Origin: an uncultured bacterium
GTDB taxonomy: Bacteria > Myxococcota_A > CAZTSL01
NCBI GenBank assembly: GCA_964616915.1
Contig: CAZTSL010000008.1
Location: 1-43,310 of the forward strand
Direction of reading: 5' to 3'
DNA: 43,310 nucleotides
Part shown: positions 8,278 through 17,438 of the stretch, piece after piece
Numbering within the stretch: the stretch's first letter is position 1
Layout of the letters: the number at the start of each line of letters is the position of its first letter
Translations under genes and position numbers: made by a program
The notes under the pieces: model-generated
Seen by the model: only the letters and a program-made list of their open reading frames with translations
Databases searched by the model: none
Told to the model about the DNA's origin: nothing

Positions 8278-9659
8278 CCGATCAGGCCGAACTTCTTCAT
8301 CTTCTTCCAGAGCGTGACGCGGCTGTATCCCAGGAGTTCCGCGGCCTGGGTCCGGTTGCCCCCCGTCTTTGCCAGGGCCGCTTCGATCCGTTCCCGTTCA
8401 CTGAGATCCCCGTCGTTGCGCTGTGGAGGAGAATGGTGCCGCAGGAGGGGGGGAAGACGGCGCTGGGGATTGCGGATCTCCTCCGGGAGGTCGAGAAGGG
8501 TGATCTTCTCCCCGGTCACCGTCACGAAGGCATGCTCGATCGCGTTTTCGAGTTCCCGCACGTTCCCGGGCCAGGGGTGGGCGATCATCCGCTGGAGGGC
8601 GTCCCGTGCGATCCCTCTCACCTCCTTGCCATAGATTTTCGAGAACTTCTCGATGAAGTGCCGGATGAGGAGGGGGATGTCCTCGCGGCGTTCCCGCAGC
8701 GGGGGGAGCGTGATCTCGAAGACGCGGATCCGATAGTAGAAGTCCTCCCGCATCGTTCCGGAGCGGAGACTCTCCTGGAGGTTGCGGTTCGTGGCGGTGA
8801 TCAAGCGGACATCGACCTTGCGCCCGCGCTCGTCGCCCACCCGCCGGATCTCCTGTTCTTGGATCACGCGCAGGAGCTTGAGCTGGAGCATCGGAGCGAC
8901 GTCTCCGATTTCGTCGAGGAAGAGCGTGCCGCCGTGGGCCTGTTCGAAGATCCCGATCTTGTCACGCACCGCACCGGTGAAGGCCCCCTTGACATGCCCG
9001 AAGAGTTCGCTTTCGAGCAGGGCCTCCGGGATGGCGGAGCAGTTGACCGCAAGGAAGGGTTTGTCGCGGCGCGCGCTTTGGGCGTGGATCGCGGCTGCGG
9101 CGACCTCCTTTCCGGTTCCCGACTCGCCGGTGAGCAGCACCGTCACATCGCTCTGTGCGGCCAGCCGCAGTCTCCGGAAGATCTCCTGCATCCGGCGGCT
9201 CTTGCCGATCATCTGCTCGAAGGCTTCCCGATGCCGCGTCTGCTCTTCGAGGAGGGAGATCTTTTCGTTGGCCTGCACGAAGGAGGTGAGATCGGTGAAG
9301 GTACCGACGGCGCCGATGACGGCTCCCTGCTCGTCGTGGAGGAGGCGGACGTTGCCGTGGAGGTAGAGTTCCCGGCCGTCCCGCGAGAGGACCTTGCACT
9401 CCTGGTTGCAGATCCCCACGGGGGCGGCCGAGGGGTTGCCGAGGAGTTCGGAGAGGGTATGGAACCCCTTGCAGTTCGGCCCCTCGAGGATCGTGCAGGG
9501 GCGGCCGATCACCTCTTCCTGGCGGTAACCGGTGATCCGCTCTGCCCCTTCGCTCCAGGCCACGAAGTTCCCATGTGCATCCACCGTGAAAACGCCGTCG
9601 GCCATGGCATCGACGATTTTGCTCAGAATCGTGGGGTCTTTCCGAAAATCGAGTTCCAT
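8274..9659 (-). CDS. PAS - sigma54-interacting AAA+ - Fis-HTH transcriptional activator (bEBP), 461 aa
   Basis: ATG 9659 with GAAGGG SD. PAS ([18 protein letters not shown]), Walker [43 protein letters not shown] and a C-terminal HTH ([11 protein letters not shown]). Confidence 0.92.
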   Translation of the reverse strand: MELDFRKDPTILSKIVDAMADGVFTVDAHGNFVAWSEGAERITGYRQEEVIGRPCTILEGPNCKGFHTLSELLGNPSAAPVGICNQECKVLSRDGRELYLHGNVRLLHDEQGAVIGAVGTFTDLTSFVQANEKISLLEEQTRHREAFEQMIGKSRRMQEIFRRLRLAAQSDVTVLLTGESGTGKEVAAAAIHAQSARRDKPFLAVNCSAIPEALLESELFGHVKGAFTGAVRDKIGIFEQAHGGTLFLDEIGDVAPMLQLKLLRVIQEQEIRRVGDERGRKVDVRLITATNRNLQESLRSGTMREDFYYRIRVFEITLPPLRERREDIPLLIRHFIEKFSKIYGKEVRGIARDALQRMIAHPWPGNVRELENAIEHAFVTVTGEKITLLDLPEEIRNPQRRLPPLLRHHSPPQRNDGDLSERERIEAALAKTGGNRTQAAELLGYSRVTLWKKMKKFGLIG

Positions 9660-9804
9660 CGTTCCCTTCGGGTCACGTCCACGCGGGTTCCTCCAGGCGA
9701 TCGGCATACCCCCGTGGCATACCGCCATCGCGCTCGCATCTCCCCCATTCTTCCAGAAAATGGGGAAAGGTGCAAGGCCCACGGATGCGCGGCAAGATGA
9801 CGTC

Positions 9805-9833
9805 ATCATACAGTAACATCTTGAATTCATGAA
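9805..9833 (-). promoter_or_regulatory. Candidate sigma70 promoter for the bEBP gene
   Basis: TTCATG - 17 nt - TATGAT (9810-9805) in a locally AT-rich patch. Confidence 0.4.
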
Positions 9834-10037
9834 GAAATCACGTTGAGGGACTCTCTTCTCAACCCCCTTGGAGTCTCTCGGGCGTCTTTCATGAATCCTG
9901 CCTTGCGTTGGTGGCCGCCGCTGATTTCGACGGGGATGGAATTTTCGAGATCCTACTTTCTGTCGCCGGCTTCACGACTTCCTACGAGCCTCTGGAATCT
10001 CTTTCACGGTTCGATCATTCATCGATCCTGTGCTTCC

Positions 10038-10067
10038 TTGACAATTCCCCGAAAGGGTGTATATATG
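10038..10067 (+). promoter_or_regulatory. Candidate sigma70 promoter pointing toward the NYN gene
   Basis: Perfect TTGACA at 10038-10043, followed 16-18 nt later by TATATATG. Confidence 0.5.
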
Positions 10068-10899
10068 GGTGATGAGAGAAGGAAACGATGATCCCATGAA
10101 TCCGATCTTCACCATCGAATCGTCATTGTCCGTTTCATCCCCGTCATTCCTGGATCCGATCTTTCTGGAGCGAATCGCTTCGGCCCATCCGTCCGTTTTC
10201 GATGGGATCCGTGGTTCGCTCGGGTTGGATGTCTCGACATTCCCGGCCGGCACGTGCATCCTTCCCAGGATGCACGACGACTGTGACTCGGATGTCGTCC
10301 GATCGAAGTGCAGATGAACCGTCACGCCCCGGCACCCTGATGGGGAGATACGGATGGATGATCGGCCTTGGTGAGGGACACACGTCCAGGACGACGTGGC
10401 GCGAACGAGGGGGGACCTCGGGATCCGTTTCCGGCGGGAAGGAGAGACGCTTCCGCCCCACGGATGAAGACCGGTGCTGCCCAGCGCGCAAGGAACGATC
10501 ACCGGTAGGAACAACGGGCCGGAACCGTCCAGAAGTAAGGAATTCCTCTCTGAAATCCGGCAAGATGCCTTCTGCAACACGCACAAATTCCGGAGCGCCC
10601 CTGGGGTCGCAGGAGAAACGAATCGGTCGGCGTCCTCGATACGCCAATCCGTATTCCTCCTCTGGTTCCCGAAGGCTCTCCGGGTCTCCATCTCCCTGGG
10701 AGATGGGGATCCCCCACGGCGATCGAGGAGCGTTGCTCCCCAGATTGCGTGCCGTCCGTGGCGAAGAGGTTGCCGGAGTGATGAAACCGCACCGATTCCC
10801 GCCGTCCCCCGACAACGAAGGAAGGGCATCCATGTCGCCGTCCCGTCGTGTTCGACCTTCCCCCTCAGGATGCCGCCCGTCAACGAGGAGAGATCCCCC

Positions 10900-13119
10900 G
10901 TGGAATCGAAAATTGCTGTATTCATCGACTTCGACAACATCGCCATCGGATCGGAACGGGCCAATCTGGGTCCCTTCAAGATCTCGGTCGTCATCGAACG
11001 TCTCAAGGAGAAGGGACAACTGATCGTCAAGAAGGCTTACGCGGACTGGACCCGCCATTCGAGATACCGGCAGGAGGTGCATCAAAACGGCATCGATCTG
11101 ATCGAGATGCCGATCAACAGTGCGGTCTCCGGGAAGAATTCCGGGGATATCAAGATGGTCATCGACGCGATCGAACTCGCTTTCACGCGGGACTATATCG
11201 ACACGTTCGCCCTGATCACCGGAGACAGTGATTTCTCCTTCCTGGCGCTCAAACTGCGCGAACTCAACAAACGAGTGATCGGCATCGGCGTGGAGAGTTC
11301 CACGCACCCGCACCTTCAGCGTTGCTGCGACGAGTTCCTCTTCTACGATCGCCTCGTGAACCTCTCCACCCCCGACGACTTCGAGACGATGGACATCTGG
11401 GGGCTGCTCAAGGAAGCGATCAACGCCTTGCAGCGGGAGAACAAGGAGGTGATCTACGGCTCGATGATCAAGGAGACGATTCTCAAGAAGCGTCCCTCCT
11501 TCGATGAGCAGAATTACGGGTACAAGTCGTTCGGCAAGTTCCTGCTGGAGGCGCAGCGCCGCGGTCTCATCCACATCAAGCAGGAGGGGGGGAAGAACTT
11601 CCAGGTGGAACTCCTCGACGACACGGAAGGGGAGGAGACGGTGCCGCAGCCCTCTCCCCTCGAGACCCCCTACGAACTCCTGGCCAACGCGATCCTGAGC
11701 CAGGAGGGCCCCAAGGACGTGATGCACCCGATGGAGGAGATCCGGGCGGAGATTCTCCGGCGCAACGCCGGTTTCAACGAACGGAGCACGGGTTACAGGA
11801 GTTTCAAGGAGTTCCTCGAAGGCGCGCAACAAAACGGCGTCGTCACCCTCTACCGCGATCCGAACAATCGGGGAGGATATCTCGTGGGGATCTCGCGGGA
11901 GTATGAGAGCCGGCTGCGCAACCTGCGGCGCCAGCAGGAGGCGATGGAGCGACGCCAGAAGTCGGAGAAGAGCGGAAAGAAAGAGGAGGGGGAACGTCGT
12001 AGTGCGTCTGCCCGGCAAACGTCTGCTCAAGCCACTTCCGTCCCTTCCGCTCCGCCCACCCCGGCCGCTCCCCCTCGAACGGAGCCGGCAGCCAGGGAAC
12101 GCTCCCGAAGCCGCCGTTCACGCGGCAGACGGGGACGGGGCGCGGGGAGGAGCGCAGAGACGCCTCAGCCCCAGGCCGAGACACCGGTCTCCCCAAGAGC
12201 AGTGAAGGAGACCGCAGCTGCCGCGTCCCCTTCGAGTGCCTCGAAAGAGGAGGAACACACGGCCGCAAACGCCACAACGCTCCCCCCGGAGGTGGCAAAG
12301 ACTCAGCCCTCCCGCAGAGAGACCGAACAGCCGCAAGGAGAGGCGGAGAAGGAAGGATCTTCCCCGAGAGCGCGCCTCAAACAAGATGCGATGAAAGGAG
12401 AAGAGACCGAAACGCCCGCTGCACCGCCGACCGGAGAGACGCAGACGCCAAGATCCCGTTTCTATGCGGTGATCGCCAAGGAGAAGAAACGGAGCCCGAC
12501 GCCGGCGGAAGTGACGGAGGAGGGGAAGGGAGAAGAGACAGGCCTTCCCTCCCCTCCCAAGCCGCCGGCCCGCGCAAAGGTCTCTCCGAACTACAGCGCC
12601 TTCTTCAAGAGCCAGGGACTCGTCCTCATTCCCCCCTCCTTGCGGAAGGCCGCGCTTCGGATGCTCGCCGAACTCTATCACGAAGGAACGGGTCCCTTCG
12701 CCGAATCGGGCGCGAATGTGAAGACGATCGCAGAGCGCCTCACCCAGCAGATGAAGGAGAGCGGGCGCCCCGTCACGTACCGCGACATCCAGGCTCTGGT
12801 CAACGCGCTCTCTCAGAGCGGCGCTCTCCTGGGCAAGAGCGGAAAACCCTCCCGATCGAACTCCCACCCCGTCTGGTTCCGGATGAAACCGGAGGAAGCC
12901 ATGGCCCAACTCGACCGTTTCTACGTCTGGCGTGCCGTGGCGTGCAACGCCGCGCTCGAAGACCGTGATGGACTCTGCCGCTTGATCCTCGGGCCGGGGA
13001 GCCGCAAGGCGATGCTCGATGGCATCGTGGAAGAACTCGTGCAGACCAAGAAGCTGACCGCCACAACCGATGCCGAATCGACCACGTTCGAGCGAACGGC
13101 AAAGCTCTTCTACACCTGA
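10900..13119 (+). CDS. NYN (LabA/DUF88, PIN-like) ribonuclease with two OST-HTH/LOTUS domains, long disordered linker and C-terminal helical domain (739 aa)
   Basis: GAGGAG SD and GTG 10900. NYN acidic motifs [23 protein letters not shown] and TGDSDF. LOTUS signatures [17 protein letters not shown] and [16 protein letters not shown]. Confidence 0.88.
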   Translation: MESKIAVFIDFDNIAIGSERANLGPFKISVVIERLKEKGQLIVKKAYADWTRHSRYRQEVHQNGIDLIEMPINSAVSGKNSGDIKMVIDAIELAFTRDYIDTFALITGDSDFSFLALKLRELNKRVIGIGVESSTHPHLQRCCDEFLFYDRLVNLSTPDDFETMDIWGLLKEAINALQRENKEVIYGSMIKETILKKRPSFDEQNYGYKSFGKFLLEAQRRGLIHIKQEGGKNFQVELLDDTEGEETVPQPSPLETPYELLANAILSQEGPKDVMHPMEEIRAEILRRNAGFNERSTGYRSFKEFLEGAQQNGVVTLYRDPNNRGGYLVGISREYESRLRNLRRQQEAMERRQKSEKSGKKEEGERRSASARQTSAQATSVPSAPPTPAAPPRTEPAARERSRSRRSRGRRGRGAGRSAETPQPQAETPVSPRAVKETAAAASPSSASKEEEHTAANATTLPPEVAKTQPSRRETEQPQGEAEKEGSSPRARLKQDAMKGEETETPAAPPTGETQTPRSRFYAVIAKEKKRSPTPAEVTEEGKGEETGLPSPPKPPARAKVSPNYSAFFKSQGLVLIPPSLRKAALRMLAELYHEGTGPFAESGANVKTIAERLTQQMKESGRPVTYRDIQALVNALSQSGALLGKSGKPSRSNSHPVWFRMKPEEAMAQLDRFYVWRAVACNAALEDRDGLCRLILGPGSRKAMLDGIVEELVQTKKLTATTDAESTTFERTAKLFYT

Positions 13120-13177
13120 TTCCCGGACTCGTCGCAAGGCTTCCCTGTACCCCGCTTCCCGACCAAAGGAGGGACGA

Positions 13178-14389
13178 ATGGCCGATGTCGTCATCTATAC
13201 GACCGATTATTGCCCTTACTGTCACCGGGCCAAGAAGTTGCTCGACCAGAAGGGGGTCCCCTACGAAGAGATCGATGTCACGAACGATCCCGAGCAGCGT
13301 CGTATCATGATGGAGCGCTCAGGACGTCGCACCGTACCGCAGATTTTCATCAACGGTTGTCCCATCGGAGGATGTGACGACCTCTATGCCCTGGAGGATT
13401 CGGGAGAACTCGATCGCCTCCTCGAAGCCCAGGGACGTCAGGGATGTGAGGGAAAGATGAGTGACCTGTACAACGTCGTCATTATCGGTTCCGGGCCGGC
13501 GGGGCTCACCGCCGCGCTCTACACTGCCCGCGCGAACCTCGAGCCACTCGTGATCGAAGGGGTTTCCGCGGGTGGGCAGCTGATGATCACCACCGATGTC
13601 GAGAACTACCCCGGATTCCCGGAGGGGATTCTCGGCCCCGAACTCATGGAACGCTTTCGCAAGCAGGCGCTGCGCTTCGGCACGAAGATCGTGCAGGGGG
13701 ACGTGACGCGGGTCTCCCTCGATCTGCGCCCCTTCCGGATCGAGGTGGGCAAGGAGATCCATCACGCCCGCACGCTCATCATCGCCACGGGCGCCAGCGC
13801 CAAGTGGCTCGGCCTCCCCTCGGAGCGGGAGTACATGGGGCGTGGGGTCTCCGCCTGCGCGACCTGTGACGGCTTCTTCTTCAAGGGGGAGGAAGTCCTC
13901 GTCGTCGGCGGCGGCGATACGGCGATGGAGGAGGCGCTCTTCCTCACCAAGTTCGCCGCGAAGGTCCATGTCGTCCATCGACGCGACCAGTTGCGGGCCT
14001 CCCGGATCATGCAGGAGCGTGCCTTCAAGAACGAGAAGATCGCGTTCATCTGGAATTCGGTCGTGGAGGAGATCCTCGGTGATGGCTCGAAGGTGACGGG
14101 GGTACGTCTGCGCAACCGCAAGACCGACGAGGTCTGGGAACGACCCATCGGGGGCGTCTTCGTGGCGATCGGCCACTCCCCCAACACGAAGCTCTTCGAG
14201 GGTCAGCTCGACATGACCGAGCAGGGCTACATCAAGACCCGCCCGCCAGGAACGCATACGAACGTTCCCGGTGTCTTCGCCTGTGGTGACGTCCAGGACG
14301 CGGTCTATCGTCAGGCCGTGACCGCGGCGGGATCTGGGTGCATGGCCGCCATCGATGCGGAGCGTTTCCTCGAGATCGAGGAAGCGTGA
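13178..14389 (+). CDS. grxC: Glutaredoxin-3 (GrxC) domain fused in frame to thioredoxin reductase (403 aa as sequenced)
   Basis: AAGGAGGG SD and ATG 13178. Grx motifs CPYC, TVPQIF and GGCDD. No stop before the TrxB moiety. Confidence 0.85.
   Translation: MADVVIYTTDYCPYCHRAKKLLDQKGVPYEEIDVTNDPEQRRIMMERSGRRTVPQIFINGCPIGGCDDLYALEDSGELDRLLEAQGRQGCEGKMSDLYNVVIIGSGPAGLTAALYTARANLEPLVIEGVSAGGQLMITTDVENYPGFPEGILGPELMERFRKQALRFGTKIVQGDVTRVSLDLRPFRIEVGKEIHHARTLIIATGASAKWLGLPSEREYMGRGVSACATCDGFFFKGEEVLVVGGGDTAMEEALFLTKFAAKVHVVHRRDQLRASRIMQERAFKNEKIAFIWNSVVEEILGDGSKVTGVRLRNRKTDEVWERPIGGVFVAIGHSPNTKLFEGQLDMTEQGYIKTRPPGTHTNVPGVFACGDVQDAVYRQAVTAAGSGCMAAIDAERFLEIEEA
13457..14389 (+). CDS. trxB: Thioredoxin-disulfide reductase (low-MW), internal start within the Grx frame (310 aa)
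   Basis: GAGGGA SD before ATG 13457. Motifs [39 protein letters not shown] and GDVQD..YRQA. Confidence 0.9.
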   Translation: MSDLYNVVIIGSGPAGLTAALYTARANLEPLVIEGVSAGGQLMITTDVENYPGFPEGILGPELMERFRKQALRFGTKIVQGDVTRVSLDLRPFRIEVGKEIHHARTLIIATGASAKWLGLPSEREYMGRGVSACATCDGFFFKGEEVLVVGGGDTAMEEALFLTKFAAKVHVVHRRDQLRASRIMQERAFKNEKIAFIWNSVVEEILGDGSKVTGVRLRNRKTDEVWERPIGGVFVAIGHSPNTKLFEGQLDMTEQGYIKTRPPGTHTNVPGVFACGDVQDAVYRQAVTAAGSGCMAAIDAERFLEIEEA

Positions 14390-16054
14390 GTGGCGATGCG
14401 GCGGGTGACCTCCCTCCTCCCGGTTTTCTTGCTCTTCCTCTCTCTCTTCCTCTTGGGGGGGGGGAGGCCGGGGCGCGATCCGATCGAACGGGTCGATCTC
14501 TTCGAGGATCACGGAGAGAGCTACCTGGCCTGGCAGCGCTTCCACCATCGTGATCGGATCGTCGTTCACTTCGACGCGCATTCCGATATCGGCTACATTC
14601 CCCCGAAGGCGCGGGAACGGATCGTCTCTGCGAGCCGGCGGGGGGATCTGGCTGCGCTGGCGGGGATGATCACCTTCAAGCCACGGCCCGGGCGACCGAT
14701 CGGGATCGCGAATTTTCTCTATGCCGCGATCTGGGATGGAACGGTGCGGAAGATCTACTGGGTGATTCCCGATCCCGTGATCGATCGCGATCTGGCCCTG
14801 GAAGTCACCCGTCAGCTTCGTGGGGCGCTCTCTCCCGAGCCGGTGGAATACCGGGGGGGATCGCCGGGAGGACTCCATTTCCGGATCGGAGGCGTGGAGG
14901 TCGTGGTCGTGACGCTCTCCACACTCCCCGCCATCGAAGTTCCCGTGCTCCTCGACATCGACACCGACTTCTTCTTCTGGCGTTCGATCCGGCGGGCGAC
15001 CTTCTTCGAGAACGGGTATGCCCTGCCGGCGCGTTTCTGGATCTCGCCGGAAACTTTCCTGGCGGCGATCTCGGAGCGCCTCTCGACCGATCATGTCACG
15101 ATCTCGCGGTCGGTCGATGGGTTCTTCGTGCCGCTGGGCCAGGGGTGGCTGGCCGAGGAACTCCGCGACCGTCTCCGGGGGGCTGGGGACTTACGGCGCT
15201 ACGAGGCGCTTCACGAACTGATGAGGCGGTATGCGGGGGGGGAGAAGGCTGCGGCGCTGGCCTGGGTCCGTCAGAAGCGCGCCGAGTTTCCGGAGGATCC
15301 CTACCTGCACCTCTGGGAAGGGCGACTGCGCGGGGACGATGCCCCGCTCGAAGCGGCGATCCGTCTCGCCCCCCGTTTCGCCATGGCATGGATCTACCGG
15401 GCCAACGAAGCGCTCCTTGCCGGCCGGCCAGAGGAGGCAAAGGCATATCTGGCCCGGGTCGCCTCGGCCCCCCCCCGGATCGTGGAGCAGGCCGCGGAGC
15501 GATGGTATGCCGAGGGGCTTCGCCTCCTGGGTGAGGGGCGTCCAGAGGATGCGGTCGCGGCGTTTCGCGCTGCGCTCCGTTGGGATCCCAAATCCCCGGC
15601 CACACGGACCGATCTGGCGGCCACGCTGATCCGTTTGCATCAGACCGGGGAAGCCGAACGAATCCTGACCGATCTCCTCCTCGAGGTCCCCGATGATCCG
15701 CCCGCGCTCTTCCTCATGGGCAACATCTTCCTTTCGGAGGGCCGGTGGGCGCAAGCCCGCGATGCCTACCTTCGCGTCATTGCGCGACGTCCGAACGACG
15801 TGAAGGCGCACAACAACCTTGGGAAGGCTCTTGCCGCGCTGGGGAAGGAGACCGAAGCGATCGCAGTGTTCAAGCGGGTCATCGCGCTCGATCCCGGCCA
15901 TTACACCGCCTATGGAAACCTTGGACTCCTCTACCGTGCGCGTAAGGAGAAGGAAAAGGCGCGGGCGATGTTCCGGAAGGTGCTCGAACTTCACCCCGAA
16001 GACCGGGCGGCGCGACGCTTCCTCGACGAACTCTCCACGCCGACTACGCCGTAG
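14390..16054 (+). CDS. Exported or membrane-anchored UPF0489-like (arginase/deacetylase fold) protein with C-terminal TPR repeats
   Basis: Hydrophobic N-terminus. Motifs EDH, HFDAHSD, IANF and LLDIDTDFF. Multiple TPRs such as AHNNLG and AYGNLG. Start is 14390 (GTG) or 14396 (ATG). Confidence 0.72.
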   Translation: MAMRRVTSLLPVFLLFLSLFLLGGGRPGRDPIERVDLFEDHGESYLAWQRFHHRDRIVVHFDAHSDIGYIPPKARERIVSASRRGDLAALAGMITFKPRPGRPIGIANFLYAAIWDGTVRKIYWVIPDPVIDRDLALEVTRQLRGALSPEPVEYRGGSPGGLHFRIGGVEVVVVTLSTLPAIEVPVLLDIDTDFFFWRSIRRATFFENGYALPARFWISPETFLAAISERLSTDHVTISRSVDGFFVPLGQGWLAEELRDRLRGAGDLRRYEALHELMRRYAGGEKAAALAWVRQKRAEFPEDPYLHLWEGRLRGDDAPLEAAIRLAPRFAMAWIYRANEALLAGRPEEAKAYLARVASAPPRIVEQAAERWYAEGLRLLGEGRPEDAVAAFRAALRWDPKSPATRTDLAATLIRLHQTGEAERILTDLLLEVPDDPPALFLMGNIFLSEGRWAQARDAYLRVIARRPNDVKAHNNLGKALAALGKETEAIAVFKRVIALDPGHYTAYGNLGLLYRARKEKEKARAMFRKVLELHPEDRAARRFLDELSTPTTP

Positions 16055-17276
16055 CCTCCCCGAAATACTCCTGTTCGATCGTGGAGTAGTAGTCGATCAC
16101 CTGGCGCACATAGGCGCGCTTCTTGAGGTAGCTTCCCGGGAAGAAGCTCCGTTTGAAGCCGTAGATCACGATCGATTTGAGATCGCGGCGACTCAAGCCG
16201 AGAAACTCGCAGGCCAGCTGCAACTCCCGGGTCACCGTGGTATTGCTCATCAGGCGGTTGTCCGTACAGATCGTCGTCGAGAGGCGGTGATCCCGCAACT
16301 TCTTGAAACTGTGCTGGCTGAGATCCTCGATCTGCGGATTCGTCTGGAGATTGCTCGAGAGGCAGATTTCGAGGGTGATTCGGCGATCCGCGATGTACTC
16401 GCCGAGCTGTTCCACGTAATGTTCCCGGTCCTCGATCGTGGGGTCGGTGATCGCCTCGGGGTCGAGGAGGTAGGTGCCGTGGCCGATCCGGTCGGCGTGG
16501 AGGTCGGTGATCGCCTGGAAGATGCTCTCCGGGCCGTAGGCCTCGCCGGCATGAACCGTCTTCTTCATGAAGTTCTTGTGGGCGTAGTGGAAGGCTGCGA
16601 TATGATCGCCGGCAGGATAACCTGCCTCCTCGCCGGCCAGATCGAAGCCCACCACGGGGAGACCGTACTCGTCCCGCGCGATCACCGCCGCCCGTGCCAG
16701 TTCGAGAGATGCGAGCTGGTAGATCTCCTTGGGGTGGGAGTATTGATGGACATGCATGAGGTTCGTGTAGAACTCGCTGAAGCCCGCCTGGAACATCCGC
16801 ATCGCGCAGCAGATGATCCCATAGGCGAAGGGGGGCTCGAGGCCCTTGCGAACCTCCTCCCTCCGGTTGAACTCGTCGCGCGCCTGCCGCAGCCCCCGGT
16901 TGACCGCCTTGAGCACCATGATCGCGTTCATGTGGCGATGCATGTGGAGCTGGGGGGCGAAGCGGACTTCGAGGTAACGGACCCCTTCCTCCTGGTTGTC
17001 GCGAGCCAGTTCGTATGCACAGCGTTCGAGTGCCATCTCGCTCTGGAGCACCGCCACGGTATACCCGAACCCCTTGAGGTATTCGGAGAGGCTCTGGTAG
17101 CGTTCCTTGAAGACGGTTTCACGGAGCCCCGCCTCGGTATAGCTCGGCAGCGCGACGTTGTACTCCCGCGCCAGTTCGATCAGCGTGGAGAGACGGAGCG
17201 AGCCGTCGAGATGGACATGGAGGTCGGTCTTGGGGAGTCTTTGGAGGAACGCTTCCGGAAAGGTCTCTTGGGTCAA
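16044..17276 (-). CDS. add: Adenosine deaminase family protein (410 aa)
   Basis: GGAGGAG SD and TTG 17276. Motifs PKTDLHVHLDGS, YLEVRFAP, GFDLAG.E, TVHAGE, RIGHG, EIC..SN and TDN. Confidence 0.88.
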   Translation of the reverse strand: MTQETFPEAFLQRLPKTDLHVHLDGSLRLSTLIELAREYNVALPSYTEAGLRETVFKERYQSLSEYLKGFGYTVAVLQSEMALERCAYELARDNQEEGVRYLEVRFAPQLHMHRHMNAIMVLKAVNRGLRQARDEFNRREEVRKGLEPPFAYGIICCAMRMFQAGFSEFYTNLMHVHQYSHPKEIYQLASLELARAAVIARDEYGLPVVGFDLAGEEAGYPAGDHIAAFHYAHKNFMKKTVHAGEAYGPESIFQAITDLHADRIGHGTYLLDPEAITDPTIEDREHYVEQLGEYIADRRITLEICLSSNLQTNPQIEDLSQHSFKKLRDHRLSTTICTDNRLMSNTTVTRELQLACEFLGLSRRDLKSIVIYGFKRSFFPGSYLKKRAYVRQVIDYYSTIEQEYFGEATA

Positions 17277-17401
17277 TGTCCACTCCTCCCGTCCATTTCG
17301 GAAAGGGGGTGAAAAAGGGCGTCTCCACCCGAAATCCAGCACTGTGTCGGTTTCAGCCGAGCAGCGAGCCGGTATCGCAACGTTCTCGGGAATTGGAGCG
17401 G

Positions 17402-17430
17402 ATCATACCATACGCAGGGGGGGGGGTCAA
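17402..17430 (-). promoter_or_regulatory. Sigma70 promoter for add with poly-C spacer
   Basis: TTGACC (17430-17425) - 17 nt (CCCCCCCCTGCGTATGG) - TATGAT (17407-17402), with an extended -10 TG. Confidence 0.7.
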
Positions 17431-17438
17431 TGAAGGGG

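Noticed and set aside
10057-10317. 86-aa plus-strand ORF behind the TTGACA element
   Set aside because: Its listed start overlaps the -10 region and the product has no motifs. It was not called as a CDS, though a small protein from ATG 10096 cannot be excluded.
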